DNA of 64,000 nucleotides from positions 62,001-126,000 of the IMG/VR virus record IMGVR_UViG_3300009545_000018, one strand, 5' to 3'. A model generated the notes under the pieces. That model was not told where the DNA came from and made no database searches. It saw nothing but the letters and a program-made list of their open reading frames with translations. Of this stretch, positions 20,845 through 30,889 are shown one piece after another (position 1 is the first letter of the stretch; the number at the start of each line of letters is the position of its first letter). Position numbers and translations under genes: made by a program.

Positions 20845-21735
20845 ATGAAGAAAAGTATTTATACATTAATTGGTTTATTAGCATTATCAACTTTAGGTTG
20901 TTCAAGTGAAGAAATTCCAGCCGCTCATAAAGGCAGAATGTTTGAAAAGACGGGCGCGCTCGCCTTTTATAGTGGCGAGGTAGGTTTTACAGGACCTATT
21001 CTTGGTCCAGGAACGCATTATACTGGATTGTACAATGAACTTAAAATGGTAGAGTGTGCCCAAGGAACCAAAAAAGAAACGCTGCCATCCTTAACAAAGG
21101 ATGGAGTACAATTTAGCGTGGATGTCTATACAAGATTTTCTGCTAATTGTGACGATGATGCTGCATTAAAATCTATCTTAGATAAGTTTTCTCCTGGATG
21201 GACCGACGATGAAAAGCACCCAGAATGGAAACATGTAATCTTTGGTGTTCAATTATATGATCAACTAGCTCGCCCAGCTCTTGGTTCTTCTGTCAGAAAA
21301 TCAGTATCTCCTTATATTGCTAATGATATTAACAATAATCGAGAAAAGATATTTGATGAAACCACCAAATCATTCTTAGACGATATTAATAATCAAAAGC
21401 CCAAGATGATTAATATCTTAGAAATTAATCTTTCTAATTTAGATTTTCCTGATGAATTAGATAAGGCTAACGTAGCTCGGGCGGAACAAGCCGTTTTCAA
21501 AGATAAGGCTATTGCTGAACGTGAGAGAGTAACGGCTGAAATTGAAACTATGAAAATGAGAAAAGATTTAGCCACTAGTGAATCTAATAATGAAGCAGTT
21601 CGTATTGATGCCCTTGGTTCTGCCTATCGTCGCAACCCAGAATATGTTCAATTAGAATCTATTCGGGTAGCGGCTGAAAAAGGGAATTTAATTATAGCTC
21701 AACCAGGGACCGGGCTAATCATTCAACATAAGTAA
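20845..21735 (+). CDS. SPFH/prohibitin-like lipoprotein
   Basis: lipobox TLGC, LTKDGVQFSVDV, C-terminal coiled coil; start at ATG 20845. Confidence 0.75.
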   Translation: MKKSIYTLIGLLALSTLGCSSEEIPAAHKGRMFEKTGALAFYSGEVGFTGPILGPGTHYTGLYNELKMVECAQGTKKETLPSLTKDGVQFSVDVYTRFSANCDDDAALKSILDKFSPGWTDDEKHPEWKHVIFGVQLYDQLARPALGSSVRKSVSPYIANDINNNREKIFDETTKSFLDDINNQKPKMINILEINLSNLDFPDELDKANVARAEQAVFKDKAIAERERVTAEIETMKMRKDLATSESNNEAVRIDALGSAYRRNPEYVQLESIRVAAEKGNLIIAQPGTGLIIQHK

Positions 21736-21740
21736 AAAAT

Positions 21741-22049
21741 ATGAGATTTGTTTTAGAGTTTGCGGTTTTAATTGGTATTGTTACTTTAATTGTTTTCATA
21801 GTTAAAGTATCATATGCAGCATGGTCTAAAAGACGAGATATAATTGCCAAAAAAGAAGAAGCTATGTGGCAGGATCTTCGCCAGGCGTTAAGTAATAACT
21901 CTAAACAAAGATTAGAGGACTGTCTTATATTACATAATAAAAATATTCCAAAAGAAATAAAACCAATAATTCAATCTAGAATTGATGATTTAGCAATTAA
22001 AGAATCTGATGATAAGGCTTTAAAGATTATACATTTTACAGATAAATAG
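21741..22049 (+). CDS. membrane-anchored hypothetical protein
   Basis: N-terminal TM helix. Confidence 0.55.
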   Translation: MRFVLEFAVLIGIVTLIVFIVKVSYAAWSKRRDIIAKKEEAMWQDLRQALSNNSKQRLEDCLILHNKNIPKEIKPIIQSRIDDLAIKESDDKALKIIHFTDK

Positions 22050-22060
22050 GATTTAAATAA

Positions 22061-23188
22061 ATGAAAAAATATATTTCGTTATTGTTCGCCGTATTAATTA
22101 CGGCTTTTACGGCAAATGCTATGGCATTTGCCCCTCCACCTAAACCAGATAATGGTTGGTACATTGTTGATCAGGCAAATAAATTATCTGAAGATCAAAA
22201 ATCTAATCTCAATAAAAAGATTGATGGTATTAATAAAAATACTAAGAATGAATTTGCTGTTTTAATTATCACATCTATGGATGGAGATAATATTGAGGAT
22301 GTGGCTCAAAACACCTTTCGTAGTTGGGGTGTTGGTAAAGCCGGGTTAAATAACGGAGTATTACTTGCTATTTCAGTAGGTGAACGTAAGATGCGTTTAC
22401 AAACTGGCAAAGGGGTAGAGGGTGATTTACCAGATCTTAGAGCAAAAGATATCTTAGATCAAACTCTTAAACCACATTTAAAGAATGGTGATTTTTATGG
22501 AGGTATTGATGCGACTATTGATGCAACATCTTCTTTTCTAGAATCACGTGCCAACAAACAAGCTTCTCCGGCTCCAGATTCTCAAGAAAGCCCAGTATCA
22601 TCTACTACAGAAAATTCTAGTTCTGCTGGTGTTTTTCTCTTGATTTTATTTTTAGGTCTTGGAGGTGGTGGTTTATTTTTCTATTGGCTTATTCGTCGGG
22701 CAGAGCGTAAAGAAAAGGAAGCTAGTCTTCGTGATTGGCAAAAAGAGCAAGACATTTATAATAAATACGTTCAAAAACAACAAGATATTATTAATAAATA
22801 TGCTGCTGATGTTGCTAAAGCTAAAAGACAAAAATCTGCTGCGGCACCTAATATTAATCATTCCGCTGTTAATTCAGTTACTGCTGGTACAGTAGCTGTC
22901 GCTGTTGTTGGAACATCCGCCGTAGCAGCTTCTCATTTATCATCTGATGATGAGGTTAAAAAGCGCAAGAAGCGAGAAGCTGAACAAGCCCGTGAAGCTG
23001 AAGCTGCATCTAGAAAACGTCGAGATGAGGAAGAAGCAGCTGCTCGTAGACGCAGAGAAGAAAGTTCTTCATACTCTAGCTATGATTCTGGGAGTAGTAG
23101 CAGTTATGATTCTGGTAGTAGCTATGACTCTGGTGGTGGATTTGGTGGAGGAGACTCGGGTGGGTCCGGCGCCAGCAGTGATTGGTGA
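22061..23188 (+). CDS. TPM-domain (YgcG-like) membrane protein
   Basis: signal peptide, FRSWGVGKAGLNNGVLL, GKGVEGDLPD, TM, GGGFGGGDSGGSGASSDW tail. Confidence 0.88.
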   Translation: MKKYISLLFAVLITAFTANAMAFAPPPKPDNGWYIVDQANKLSEDQKSNLNKKIDGINKNTKNEFAVLIITSMDGDNIEDVAQNTFRSWGVGKAGLNNGVLLAISVGERKMRLQTGKGVEGDLPDLRAKDILDQTLKPHLKNGDFYGGIDATIDATSSFLESRANKQASPAPDSQESPVSSTTENSSSAGVFLLILFLGLGGGGLFFYWLIRRAERKEKEASLRDWQKEQDIYNKYVQKQQDIINKYAADVAKAKRQKSAAAPNINHSAVNSVTAGTVAVAVVGTSAVAASHLSSDDEVKKRKKREAEQAREAEAASRKRRDEEEAAARRRREESSSYSSYDSGSSSSYDSGSSYDSGGGFGGGDSGGSGASSDW

Positions 23189-23194
23189 AAATTT

Positions 23195-23398
23195 ATGGTA
23201 AAAGTAATTTCTAAAAAACCAGTTTCTTCTAAGAAGTGTATCTGTTCTAATTGTGGATATAAACTAGAGTATACTATAGAAGATGTTAAACGGCACGACT
23301 ATACAGATTATGCCGGTTATTCTGATACATATTACTATATAATTTGTCCACGTACAAATTGTAATAACAAGAATGAAGTAAAGCAATATATTGTTTAA
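23195..23398 (+). CDS. Zn-ribbon protein
   Basis: CSNC...CPRTNC. Confidence 0.6.
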   Translation: MVKVISKKPVSSKKCICSNCGYKLEYTIEDVKRHDYTDYAGYSDTYYYIICPRTNCNNKNEVKQYIV

Positions 23399-23410
23399 AA
23401 GATTAGGAAA

Positions 23411-23809
23411 TTGTTAATGGATAATAAAAGATTTTTAATACAATGTGCCGGTAGAAATGCATTTGATTTGGCTATGAAAGTAGCATTTATTACTGAATAT
23501 GATGACAATGATCCTAAAATGAAGGTCTCTCATTATTTTGAAGATCCAGAAAAAGGATTAGTCTTTCTTTGGTCTGAAGATAAATCGGTTAATTCTATTA
23601 AATTACCAGTTGATTTGAATTGGGAAGGTGCTGCTAATCTGGCGTGGCAGTGGTTACAAAATCAGCCAAATGAAAAATATCAAGAAGATCTTGATCATGC
23701 TGGAAGTAATAGTAAAGGATTTAGAGTTTATAATGAAGCTTGGGGACATATCAAGTCACATTATGCTGTTGTAGGAATAGTTCCTATTTGGGCTTGGCAC
23801 GGGAAGTAA
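23411..23809 (+). CDS. hypothetical protein
   Basis: ORF with AGGA SD. Confidence 0.55.
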   Translation: MLMDNKRFLIQCAGRNAFDLAMKVAFITEYDDNDPKMKVSHYFEDPEKGLVFLWSEDKSVNSIKLPVDLNWEGAANLAWQWLQNQPNEKYQEDLDHAGSNSKGFRVYNEAWGHIKSHYAVVGIVPIWAWHGK

Positions 23810-23811
23810 TA

Positions 23812-24084
23812 ATGGAAAACCCAGCAACGTGGAATCAATGTATTAGAATATTAAATAATAGTCTCAATTATGGAAATGATTCTATGTTAACGACAGATAA
23901 AGTTTTATCAATTTTAATTAATAATAATTTTCTTATACCTGAAGATAAAAATAATCAAAAAATTATTGATGCTATTGACAAGTCTATAGCAAGTCATCAA
24001 TATGCTATTGATAATCAATGTTGCGGGAATAGTATTGGAAACATAATTTATTTTAATTTGAAACCTTTAGGTGTTGTAGAATAA
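23812..24084 (+). CDS. hypothetical protein
   Basis: ATG 23812 just after upstream stop. Confidence 0.5.
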   Translation: MENPATWNQCIRILNNSLNYGNDSMLTTDKVLSILINNNFLIPEDKNNQKIIDAIDKSIASHQYAIDNQCCGNSIGNIIYFNLKPLGVVE

Positions 24085-24089
24085 CTAAT

Positions 24090-24206
24090 GTCGAGATGGC
24101 GAAAAGGTAAACGCGGAAGAATTATGGGTATAATACATAATTCATCTGGGAAACTGTAATTATACTACATAACCCTTGCAGGTTCAAGTCCTTGCTCTCG
24201 ACACCA
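24090..24206 (+). tRNA. atypical type-II tRNA-like RNA with extended anticodon arm
   Basis: GTCGAGA/TCTCGAC+ACCA, Leu-like D arm, TTCAAGT T-loop; 21-nt loop containing ATTATG/CATAAT. Confidence 0.7.
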
Positions 24207-24208
24207 TA

Positions 24209-24478
24209 ATGAATAAATATGATAATGAATATTGGTCAATAATTGAAGAGGCTCAACTTTATTTAAATATAGATGTTCTTAATTATGCTAAAAATAATAA
24301 ACATGGAGTTTTTTATCTTTATGAAAGTCCATGGACCGGAGAGCTAATAGCAAAATATGAAGATGATATATTTGAATTCCGATATTATAATGAATGGAAA
24401 TATCTCATTAAATATAATAATGAGTTAATTTTTGAACAAGAATTAATTAAAAGAATAAAACTTATTGCCTTTATTTAA
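24209..24478 (+). CDS. small protein with KAF-like tag
   Basis: ends KLIAFI. Confidence 0.65.
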   Translation: MNKYDNEYWSIIEEAQLYLNIDVLNYAKNNKHGVFYLYESPWTGELIAKYEDDIFEFRYYNEWKYLIKYNNELIFEQELIKRIKLIAFI

Positions 24479-24492
24479 AGTTTGTTGTTGAA

Positions 24493-24888
24493 ATGAAAGA
24501 TATTTGTAATATGCAAATTAAAATGTTTAAATCTAAAATTCATCGTGCTACCTTAACTGGAGCAAATCTCGAATATGAAGGATCAATTAAAATTGATTCT
24601 GATCTTTTAGATGCTGCTAATATACTTGAATATGAATCAGTTTATGTATGGAATATTAATAATGGTAATAGGTTAATGACATACACTTTACGAGGTGAAG
24701 CTGGTTCAGGCATTGTAGAATTAAATGGCAGTGCTGCCAGATTAGGTCATAAAGGTGATTTAATAATCATTACTACCTTTGCTGACATGACCCCCTTAGA
24801 AGCTAAAGAATTTAAACCTACTGTTGTTTTAGTAGATTCTTTTAATAAAGTTAAATCTATATCAGATAGATCAGGCGGATTAACATGA
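24493..24888 (+). CDS. panD: aspartate 1-decarboxylase
   Basis: KSKIHRATLTGANLEYEGSIKID (G-S self-cleavage site), LNGSAAR; start may be 24511. Confidence 0.93.
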   Translation: MKDICNMQIKMFKSKIHRATLTGANLEYEGSIKIDSDLLDAANILEYESVYVWNINNGNRLMTYTLRGEAGSGIVELNGSAARLGHKGDLIIITTFADMTPLEAKEFKPTVVLVDSFNKVKSISDRSGGLT

Positions 24889-25079
24889 GCAATAAAACAT
24901 CTAAGAAAAAGAAAGCTCCCAAGAAAATTAAAAGAATTGACGAAGATAATCCTGAACATTTTGAAGAGAAAATATCAGAACAAATTAAACAACAAGATAA
25001 AGTTCAAACTGAAATTATAATAAATAATGGAGTAGTGATAGTAAATCCCGTTTACAATCCACTTGATGAAAATAAATAA
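24885..25079 (+). CDS. hypothetical protein
   Basis: 64 aa ORF. Confidence 0.45.
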   Translation: MSNKTSKKKKAPKKIKRIDEDNPEHFEEKISEQIKQQDKVQTEIIINNGVVIVNPVYNPLDENK

Positions 25080-25087
25080 ATCATTAA

Positions 25088-25699
25088 ATGCAAACATTAA
25101 AACTTATTCAACTTAATAATTGTCTAATTAATTATAAATTAGGAAAAGAAATTGGTTGTGGGGCTGATGGACAACTATTTGAACTTGCAGACTTTAAAGA
25201 TAAAGTAATTAAGATATCAGTAATATTTGATTTAGATTTTATTGGTAAAGATGTATTAAATAATAAATATGATGCATTTTCTAAAAACCTAAGTTATTTA
25301 CAACAACACAATACTATTTTTGCAAAAGTCTTTGATTTTCAAAAGATTGGAATCTTTAAAAGATTATTCAATAACATAGATCAATATTATTTATTACATT
25401 ATTGTGTAATGGAAAAATGCTTTAAGCTTACTGAAGATGAGAAAAAAGTATTTCATACAATTATTTCTCATGAAGATCGTGGAATAACAAAAAAATTTTC
25501 AACAGAAAAAATTGAAGAAATATTATTTGGATTATCGCGGGGGCTTGACTTTGATTCTAAAAAGATTAAATTGTTTTATGAATCAGTGATGACATCACCC
25601 ATTAAACATTTAGATTTGCATCCCAGAAATATTATGAAAGATATTAATGGGAATTTTAGATTAATAGATTTTGACCGAATTCAATTGGAGATTACATGA
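25088..25699 (+). CDS. protein kinase-like fold protein
   Basis: IGCGADG loop, HLDLHPRNIM, LIDFD. Confidence 0.75.
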   Translation: MQTLKLIQLNNCLINYKLGKEIGCGADGQLFELADFKDKVIKISVIFDLDFIGKDVLNNKYDAFSKNLSYLQQHNTIFAKVFDFQKIGIFKRLFNNIDQYYLLHYCVMEKCFKLTEDEKKVFHTIISHEDRGITKKFSTEKIEEILFGLSRGLDFDSKKIKLFYESVMTSPIKHLDLHPRNIMKDINGNFRLIDFDRIQLEIT

Positions 25700-26304
25700 A
25701 AGTTAATATTACATATTTAAAAAAACTAGTTGATCAATTAGAGACAGAGTTAAAGACGTCTGAAATGGATACTGGCACCGCACTCTCTAAAGAGGCTCAA
25801 GAAGCGCTAGAACATGAAAAACTAATTGCTTTGAATAAGGCGGGTGGCGTTTGTATGGGCATTTATCAAGAAGCTATAATGTTAGTCTCTGATATTCATA
25901 AAGTAGTAGCATCATCTTTTGGTCCTCCAAAATCATCAAAGGATGATGTTGTAGAGACTTTGTTGGGCTCCTTTAATAAATCATTTAAAGTTAATGGCGA
26001 TAAAAATAATTAGGAGATTAAAATGTATTCAGCATCAAAAAATGATATAAAGACTTTTGCACAAAAAATAGAGATCTTGGCTAAAGAGGTTTCTTCTACC
26101 ATTGATAATGGTGGCGATGTATTAGCGGTGGCTAACAAATTAGTAAGTAATAGTAATACATTCGTTTTTGTTTTGGGTGAAGTGTATGCCGTAGACCAGT
26201 TAGCAAAAAATACGCCTACACCACAAACAAATAAAATTTCTACGGTTAAAAATTCTAACTATCATAATGTTAGAGACAGTTTGGGACGCTTTAAAAAAGC
26301 ATAA
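25696..26304 (+). CDS. two hypothetical proteins (25696-26013, 26023-26304)
   Basis: ORF track, GGAG SD. Confidence 0.5.
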
Positions 26305-26331
26305 TTTTATATTAAATATTGGAGTAAAATC

Positions 26332-26694
26332 ATGAGTAACAATGTAACAAGAGCTACAGAAAAGTTTGAGAGTATTGCTAAGGCTACAGAAGATGCCTTA
26401 AATAGTTGGAGCGGTGAAGGATGTTTACAGTTTCCAACCTTATTGGGAATGATGGCTGTAAAATTCAATTGGGATGAACAAGAGGTTCGTAAAAACGATC
26501 CATTGATTAGGTTTTTTATTAGAGAGCATGATGATTGGCACGTTACTCGTGGTGCTCATGGTGGTATCATGAGAATGTCCGAGAAACAGAAGAAAGAGCA
26601 AAGTCGAGTGGCTAAGAATGCCGCCAAAGAAGCAGCTCGCGTAGCTGTCGAAAATGCAACAAACATATCAACTACCTCTGAAACACAAGAGTGA
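26332..26694 (+). CDS. putative winged-helix protein, paralog of 63460-63747
   Basis: ATE..L..S...Q..L ... VTRGAHGGI. Confidence 0.55.
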   Translation: MSNNVTRATEKFESIAKATEDALNSWSGEGCLQFPTLLGMMAVKFNWDEQEVRKNDPLIRFFIREHDDWHVTRGAHGGIMRMSEKQKKEQSRVAKNAAKEAARVAVENATNISTTSETQE

Positions 26695-26700
26695 GTTGCC

Positions 26701-26738
26701 AAAAGGGACGTGAGAAAAAACTCACGTCCCTTTTATTT
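26701..26738 (+). terminator. intrinsic terminator
   Basis: AAAAGGGACGTGAG-AAAAAA-CTCACGTCCCTTTT. Confidence 0.88.
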
Positions 26739-26765
26739 ATCTGATATATGTAGTGTGAGGTATTT

Positions 26766-27317
26766 ATGAGTTCTTTATCTAAAATTTTAATTGTTAGTTT
26801 ACTGTTTTGTACGGCATCATGTACTTCTTGTTCTAAGAAAAATGTAACTGATCCACCAAAACCATTACCCACTTCTACTGAGACGGTAATAGTTCCTCCA
26901 GTACCCACTACACAATTAGTAGAATCATATCATGCAAGTGTAACTGTTCCATTACTCTTTCAAGACCAGCATAAAGATACTACTAATGATCCTAATTATA
27001 GGCTTTTTGCCAATATGAATGCTAATGAATTACTTTCATTAGATGCTGAGGCGTTTTCCTCTTCATATGAAGAATATGTATTAGAGGCTATAAGATTTAT
27101 AAAAGAAACTGGCGGCACCATACAATCAGCCAATTCTGTAACTCTTAATGGACAGAAAATGACATTGATAGAATCTTCTAGGGAAGGTATTGTGGCTTAT
27201 TTTTGGGTAACAACCAAAGATGGGTATGGTTATACTTTTACTTGTGGTGGAGAAGAAACATCTTCTACTATAGAAGATACCTGTGCGATGCTATCTACGA
27301 CTTTTCAAATTAAGTGA
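26766..27317 (+). CDS. putative lipoprotein
   Basis: signal peptide with Cys, Pro/Thr linker. Confidence 0.6.
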   Translation: MSSLSKILIVSLLFCTASCTSCSKKNVTDPPKPLPTSTETVIVPPVPTTQLVESYHASVTVPLLFQDQHKDTTNDPNYRLFANMNANELLSLDAEAFSSSYEEYVLEAIRFIKETGGTIQSANSVTLNGQKMTLIESSREGIVAYFWVTTKDGYGYTFTCGGEETSSTIEDTCAMLSTTFQIK

Positions 27318-27643
27318 AAACATGGAAAATAGAGATGGCAGTAGTTGCTATCATTCTTTTATTGGTTAATTTGTTAACTCATAAATTATTTACCATAGAA
27401 ATAATATCTGCTGTTGCTGTTTTGTTGACTTTCGGTTATGCCCAAATATCTAGTAGATTAAGTGAACATCAATCTATTATAGAACAGCCTACGATAGATT
27501 GCTATCGCAAACTTATCCTATATTATATAGGAAAAGAGGTTTGCTGGTTTGGATATTTTTTATTAACTAAATCTTACTCTGCTTTAGTTGGTGTATTAGT
27601 ATTTCTCTTATATCCGTTATGGAGGAAGTACTATAAATCATGA
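27314..27643 (+). CDS. membrane protein
   Basis: 3-4 TM helices. Confidence 0.6.
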   Translation: MKTWKIEMAVVAIILLLVNLLTHKLFTIEIISAVAVLLTFGYAQISSRLSEHQSIIEQPTIDCYRKLILYYIGKEVCWFGYFLLTKSYSALVGVLVFLLYPLWRKYYKS

Positions 27644-28065
27644 AAGTAAAATGTCCTATTTGTGCGACTTGGTTAACCAAAAAATCAAGACGTGATTATT
27701 GGAATTATGAAAAAATATACACTTCATTAATTTGCAATCATTGTGTTCAAAAACAAGGTTACTTCTTTAAAGTAGATTTGTGTGATAATAATGAAGAAGA
27801 TTTTTATTTATCAATGGCTATGTCTTTTGTGCATAAAAAATATTATTGTAATGGTAAAATCGTAAATTACAAAAACAATGATATAGATATTTGTTTTTAT
27901 GTATTCGGCATGCCACATGGTAATTTAAAAGATATTACATATGAGAAAAAATTTAACTTTAATGATCTCTGTGATAAAAACATAGATATTTTAGATTACA
28001 ATGAAGTATATTGGCTTTTTAAAAAAGAGGCTCGCAGGTGGTCTAAACTACAGGTATTTTCATAA
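27640..28065 (+). CDS. CPxC Zn-finger protein, KAF-like end
   Basis: CPIC...CNHC; ends KLQVFS. Confidence 0.55.
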   Translation: MKVKCPICATWLTKKSRRDYWNYEKIYTSLICNHCVQKQGYFFKVDLCDNNEEDFYLSMAMSFVHKKYYCNGKIVNYKNNDIDICFYVFGMPHGNLKDITYEKKFNFNDLCDKNIDILDYNEVYWLFKKEARRWSKLQVFS

Positions 28066-28943
28066 TGGATAAAATATTGTTAATAGATGGGATGAATCAA
28101 ATGTGGCGAGCTAATACTACCTTTGGTCCGCCAATCAAACATATTCAAATTGAAGATAAATGCGCTTGTAAGTCTCCTTGGAATGTTACAGATAACTTTT
28201 GTTATGGGGAAAAATATGGTGTAGTTTTTAATTTCTTTAGAAATCTTAGACCATTAATTGAATTATTTCAGCCCAATAAATGTTTCTTTGTTTTAGAGGG
28301 TCATCCTCAATTTAGATATGATTTATTTTCTGACTACAAAGCTAATAGAATTATCAAGACTGCTTCTGCAGTTAAACAGGAAATATTTGATAAATTTGAA
28401 ATTATTAAAACACTTATTCGTTATTTGCCAATAACAATAGTCAAATCAGATAATTATGAATGTGATGACGTCATTGCAACTCTGGCAGAAAATTTAAAAG
28501 ATGAAGATGTTACTATACTAAGTAATGATTCTGATTATATTCAATTATTGCAAAAAGGATATAAAAATCTTTGCATTTATAATCCAATAAAAAAAGTTGC
28601 TATGGAAGCTCCATCTTATCCTTACGTAGCTTGGAAAAGTTTAGCCGGTGATAAATCTGACAATATTCCCTCACTGTTAACACCCAAGAAAGTTATAAAA
28701 TGCATGGAAGATCCGACAGCTTTTCAGGCGTTCCTATCCAGCGAAGAGAATAGAGCAAATTTTAATATTAATCGTCAACTGATAGAGTTTAGGTCAGTAC
28801 CTGAAGAAGAAATTTCTTTTGTTGAAGGTATATCTAATTTTGATGCATTACGTAAAGAATTTATCAAAATGAAATTTGACACAATAACAAATGATAAAAG
28901 TTGGGAAAAGTATATTAATACATTTGATTGTATCAACTTATAG
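28065..28943 (+). CDS. 5'-3' exonuclease / T4 RNase H-like (FEN family)
   Basis: LLIDG, YKANR, YECDDVIATL, SNDSDY, LAGDKSDNIP. Confidence 0.92.
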   Translation: MDKILLIDGMNQMWRANTTFGPPIKHIQIEDKCACKSPWNVTDNFCYGEKYGVVFNFFRNLRPLIELFQPNKCFFVLEGHPQFRYDLFSDYKANRIIKTASAVKQEIFDKFEIIKTLIRYLPITIVKSDNYECDDVIATLAENLKDEDVTILSNDSDYIQLLQKGYKNLCIYNPIKKVAMEAPSYPYVAWKSLAGDKSDNIPSLLTPKKVIKCMEDPTAFQAFLSSEENRANFNINRQLIEFRSVPEEEISFVEGISNFDALRKEFIKMKFDTITNDKSWEKYINTFDCINL

Positions 28944-28951
28944 GAGTATAA

Positions 28952-29416
28952 ATGAAAATATTAAATATTAAATATATTCCGTTCGAGCCTGTTAAGCCTT
29001 CTCCGCCATTAGAGTATATTAAAAAATATAATCCTATTGATGTGGGTTATTATGAAAAAGAATTTACCATTGCAGATATTGAAAAGAAATTACCTCCCAA
29101 TATCATGTTGAGCGATGTAATTTTTGTTCTTGAATCTTCTTATGAAGATGATAGTACTACTATTACTACTACTTCTATTTTTTATCTTACTAAAATTAAA
29201 AATCCCAAATACGAATCGGAATTGAAAAAATATAATAAAGAAATTGAAATTTACAATAAAAAATATTCTAAATTTCAAGTAGAATTAAAAGAATATGAAG
29301 AACAACAAGCCGCGAAGCAGCTATTATTGGAAAGCCAGGCTTTACAAAGAGCAGAGAAAGAATTATTGGCAGCTCAGCGTAAAGTAGAAAAACTTAAGAA
29401 AAAATTAAAAGTATAA
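28952..29416 (+). CDS. coiled-coil hypothetical protein
   Basis: Lys/Glu-rich C-terminal helix. Confidence 0.5.
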   Translation: MKILNIKYIPFEPVKPSPPLEYIKKYNPIDVGYYEKEFTIADIEKKLPPNIMLSDVIFVLESSYEDDSTTITTTSIFYLTKIKNPKYESELKKYNKEIEIYNKKYSKFQVELKEYEEQQAAKQLLLESQALQRAEKELLAAQRKVEKLKKKLKV

Positions 29417-30010
29417 ATGAATATATTTATAATTGGATTACCACGATCAGGTCGCACTACAATTGCAAAAGAAATTTCTAAGAAATTAGGATATACTTAT
29501 GTATCAAGCACTGATTGGATTAAACAAACTTTTAGATTGCAAAATCCAGATGAACATGAGCAGTCTTATGTGGAAGAATATCAAAAATATGTTTTTGATA
29601 GATTAAAAGTAAATCCAGATCTTAATGTAAAAAATATTGTAGATACCATGGCTTGCCAGAAAGATAATAATTTTATTATTGATGGCATTAGTTCCCCCCG
29701 AGACTTTGTTAATTTATTTGACTACAATAAAGATATTGTAGTTATTTTGAATAGAGTTGATAACGAACATTATCATAAAGATTATGATGGTATCTTTATT
29801 TCAGCCGTTAAAGATTATTGTTTTTGGTTAGCTGCCGCCGAATTATTAGAAAAATCACATTGGCTTGAATATAATTTTAAAATAAAGGGAGAGCCTTTAG
29901 ATATTGTTAAACCTATGGGGGCAAAAAATTCTGTTTTCTTGGTCAAGAATATTAATCGAGTTATATCTCACTTAGAAGAACAAGTGAGGAATGTTGTTAA
30001 ATTATCCTAA
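29417..30010 (+). CDS. P-loop nucleotide kinase-like protein
   Basis: IIGLPRSGRTT Walker A at N-terminus, IIDG. Confidence 0.7.
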   Translation: MNIFIIGLPRSGRTTIAKEISKKLGYTYVSSTDWIKQTFRLQNPDEHEQSYVEEYQKYVFDRLKVNPDLNVKNIVDTMACQKDNNFIIDGISSPRDFVNLFDYNKDIVVILNRVDNEHYHKDYDGIFISAVKDYCFWLAAAELLEKSHWLEYNFKIKGEPLDIVKPMGAKNSVFLVKNINRVISHLEEQVRNVVKLS

Positions 30011-30758
30011 TGATTTTATAAATAAAATTATTTGTGGCGACTCAATTGAAATAATGAAACAGATGCCCAACGAATCTGTTGATTTAGTTATTACGTCACC
30101 ACCATATAATCTTAATATAAGAAAAACATATGCCAATACTGCAAAGAATTTCAAAGGCAAATGGAATAACTCTAAATTACAATTATCTGGTTATGATTCT
30201 CATTTAGATAATATGCCGGAAGATAAATATATTGAGTGGCAGCAAAATATTCTTAAAGAATGTTTCAGGTTAATTAAAGATGATGGTGCAATATTTTACA
30301 ATCACAAATGGAGAGTTCAAAAGGGACTTTATCAGCAAAGATTAGAAATTATACAAGGATTACCATTAAGGCAAATTATTATCTGGAAAAAAGCAGGTGG
30401 TATTAATTTTAATGAAGGTTATTATTTGCCAACATATGAAATTATTTATTTGATAACTAAGCCTAAATTTAAAATTGCTAATAAATCATATAAGTATGGT
30501 GATGTTTGGGAAATACCACAACAAAAAGGTAGTTGGCACCCAGCTCCATTTCCTTTAGAAATACCTAAACGATGTTTAGAGTCTACTAACGGAGATGTAA
30601 TTCTAGATCCTTTTATGGGGTCCGGAACTGTTGCTGAGGCTTGTATTAAAGCAAACAAGAACTATATAGGAATTGATATTTCTTCAGAATACTGTACAGA
30701 AACTGAGAAGCGACTTAGCTCAATCGTCCAACCCAGTAATGTGCAAATTATTAAGTAA
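29991..30758 (+). CDS. N4-C/N6-A DNA methyltransferase (beta class)
   Basis: TSPPYN, HPAPFP, DPFMGSGT. Confidence 0.92.
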   Translation: MLLNYPNDFINKIICGDSIEIMKQMPNESVDLVITSPPYNLNIRKTYANTAKNFKGKWNNSKLQLSGYDSHLDNMPEDKYIEWQQNILKECFRLIKDDGAIFYNHKWRVQKGLYQQRLEIIQGLPLRQIIIWKKAGGINFNEGYYLPTYEIIYLITKPKFKIANKSYKYGDVWEIPQQKGSWHPAPFPLEIPKRCLESTNGDVILDPFMGSGTVAEACIKANKNYIGIDISSEYCTETEKRLSSIVQPSNVQIIK

Positions 30759-30889
30759 TTCTTGAAAAATCTTATCAGCATACTCTTTTGAATCTTGAGT
30801 GGTTGATTGATTAGCTTTATCAATTGCATCTTGAGCCGTTTTGTTAAGTTTAGCTTCCTTAACAATTTTATTTATAATATTTTTCTTGT

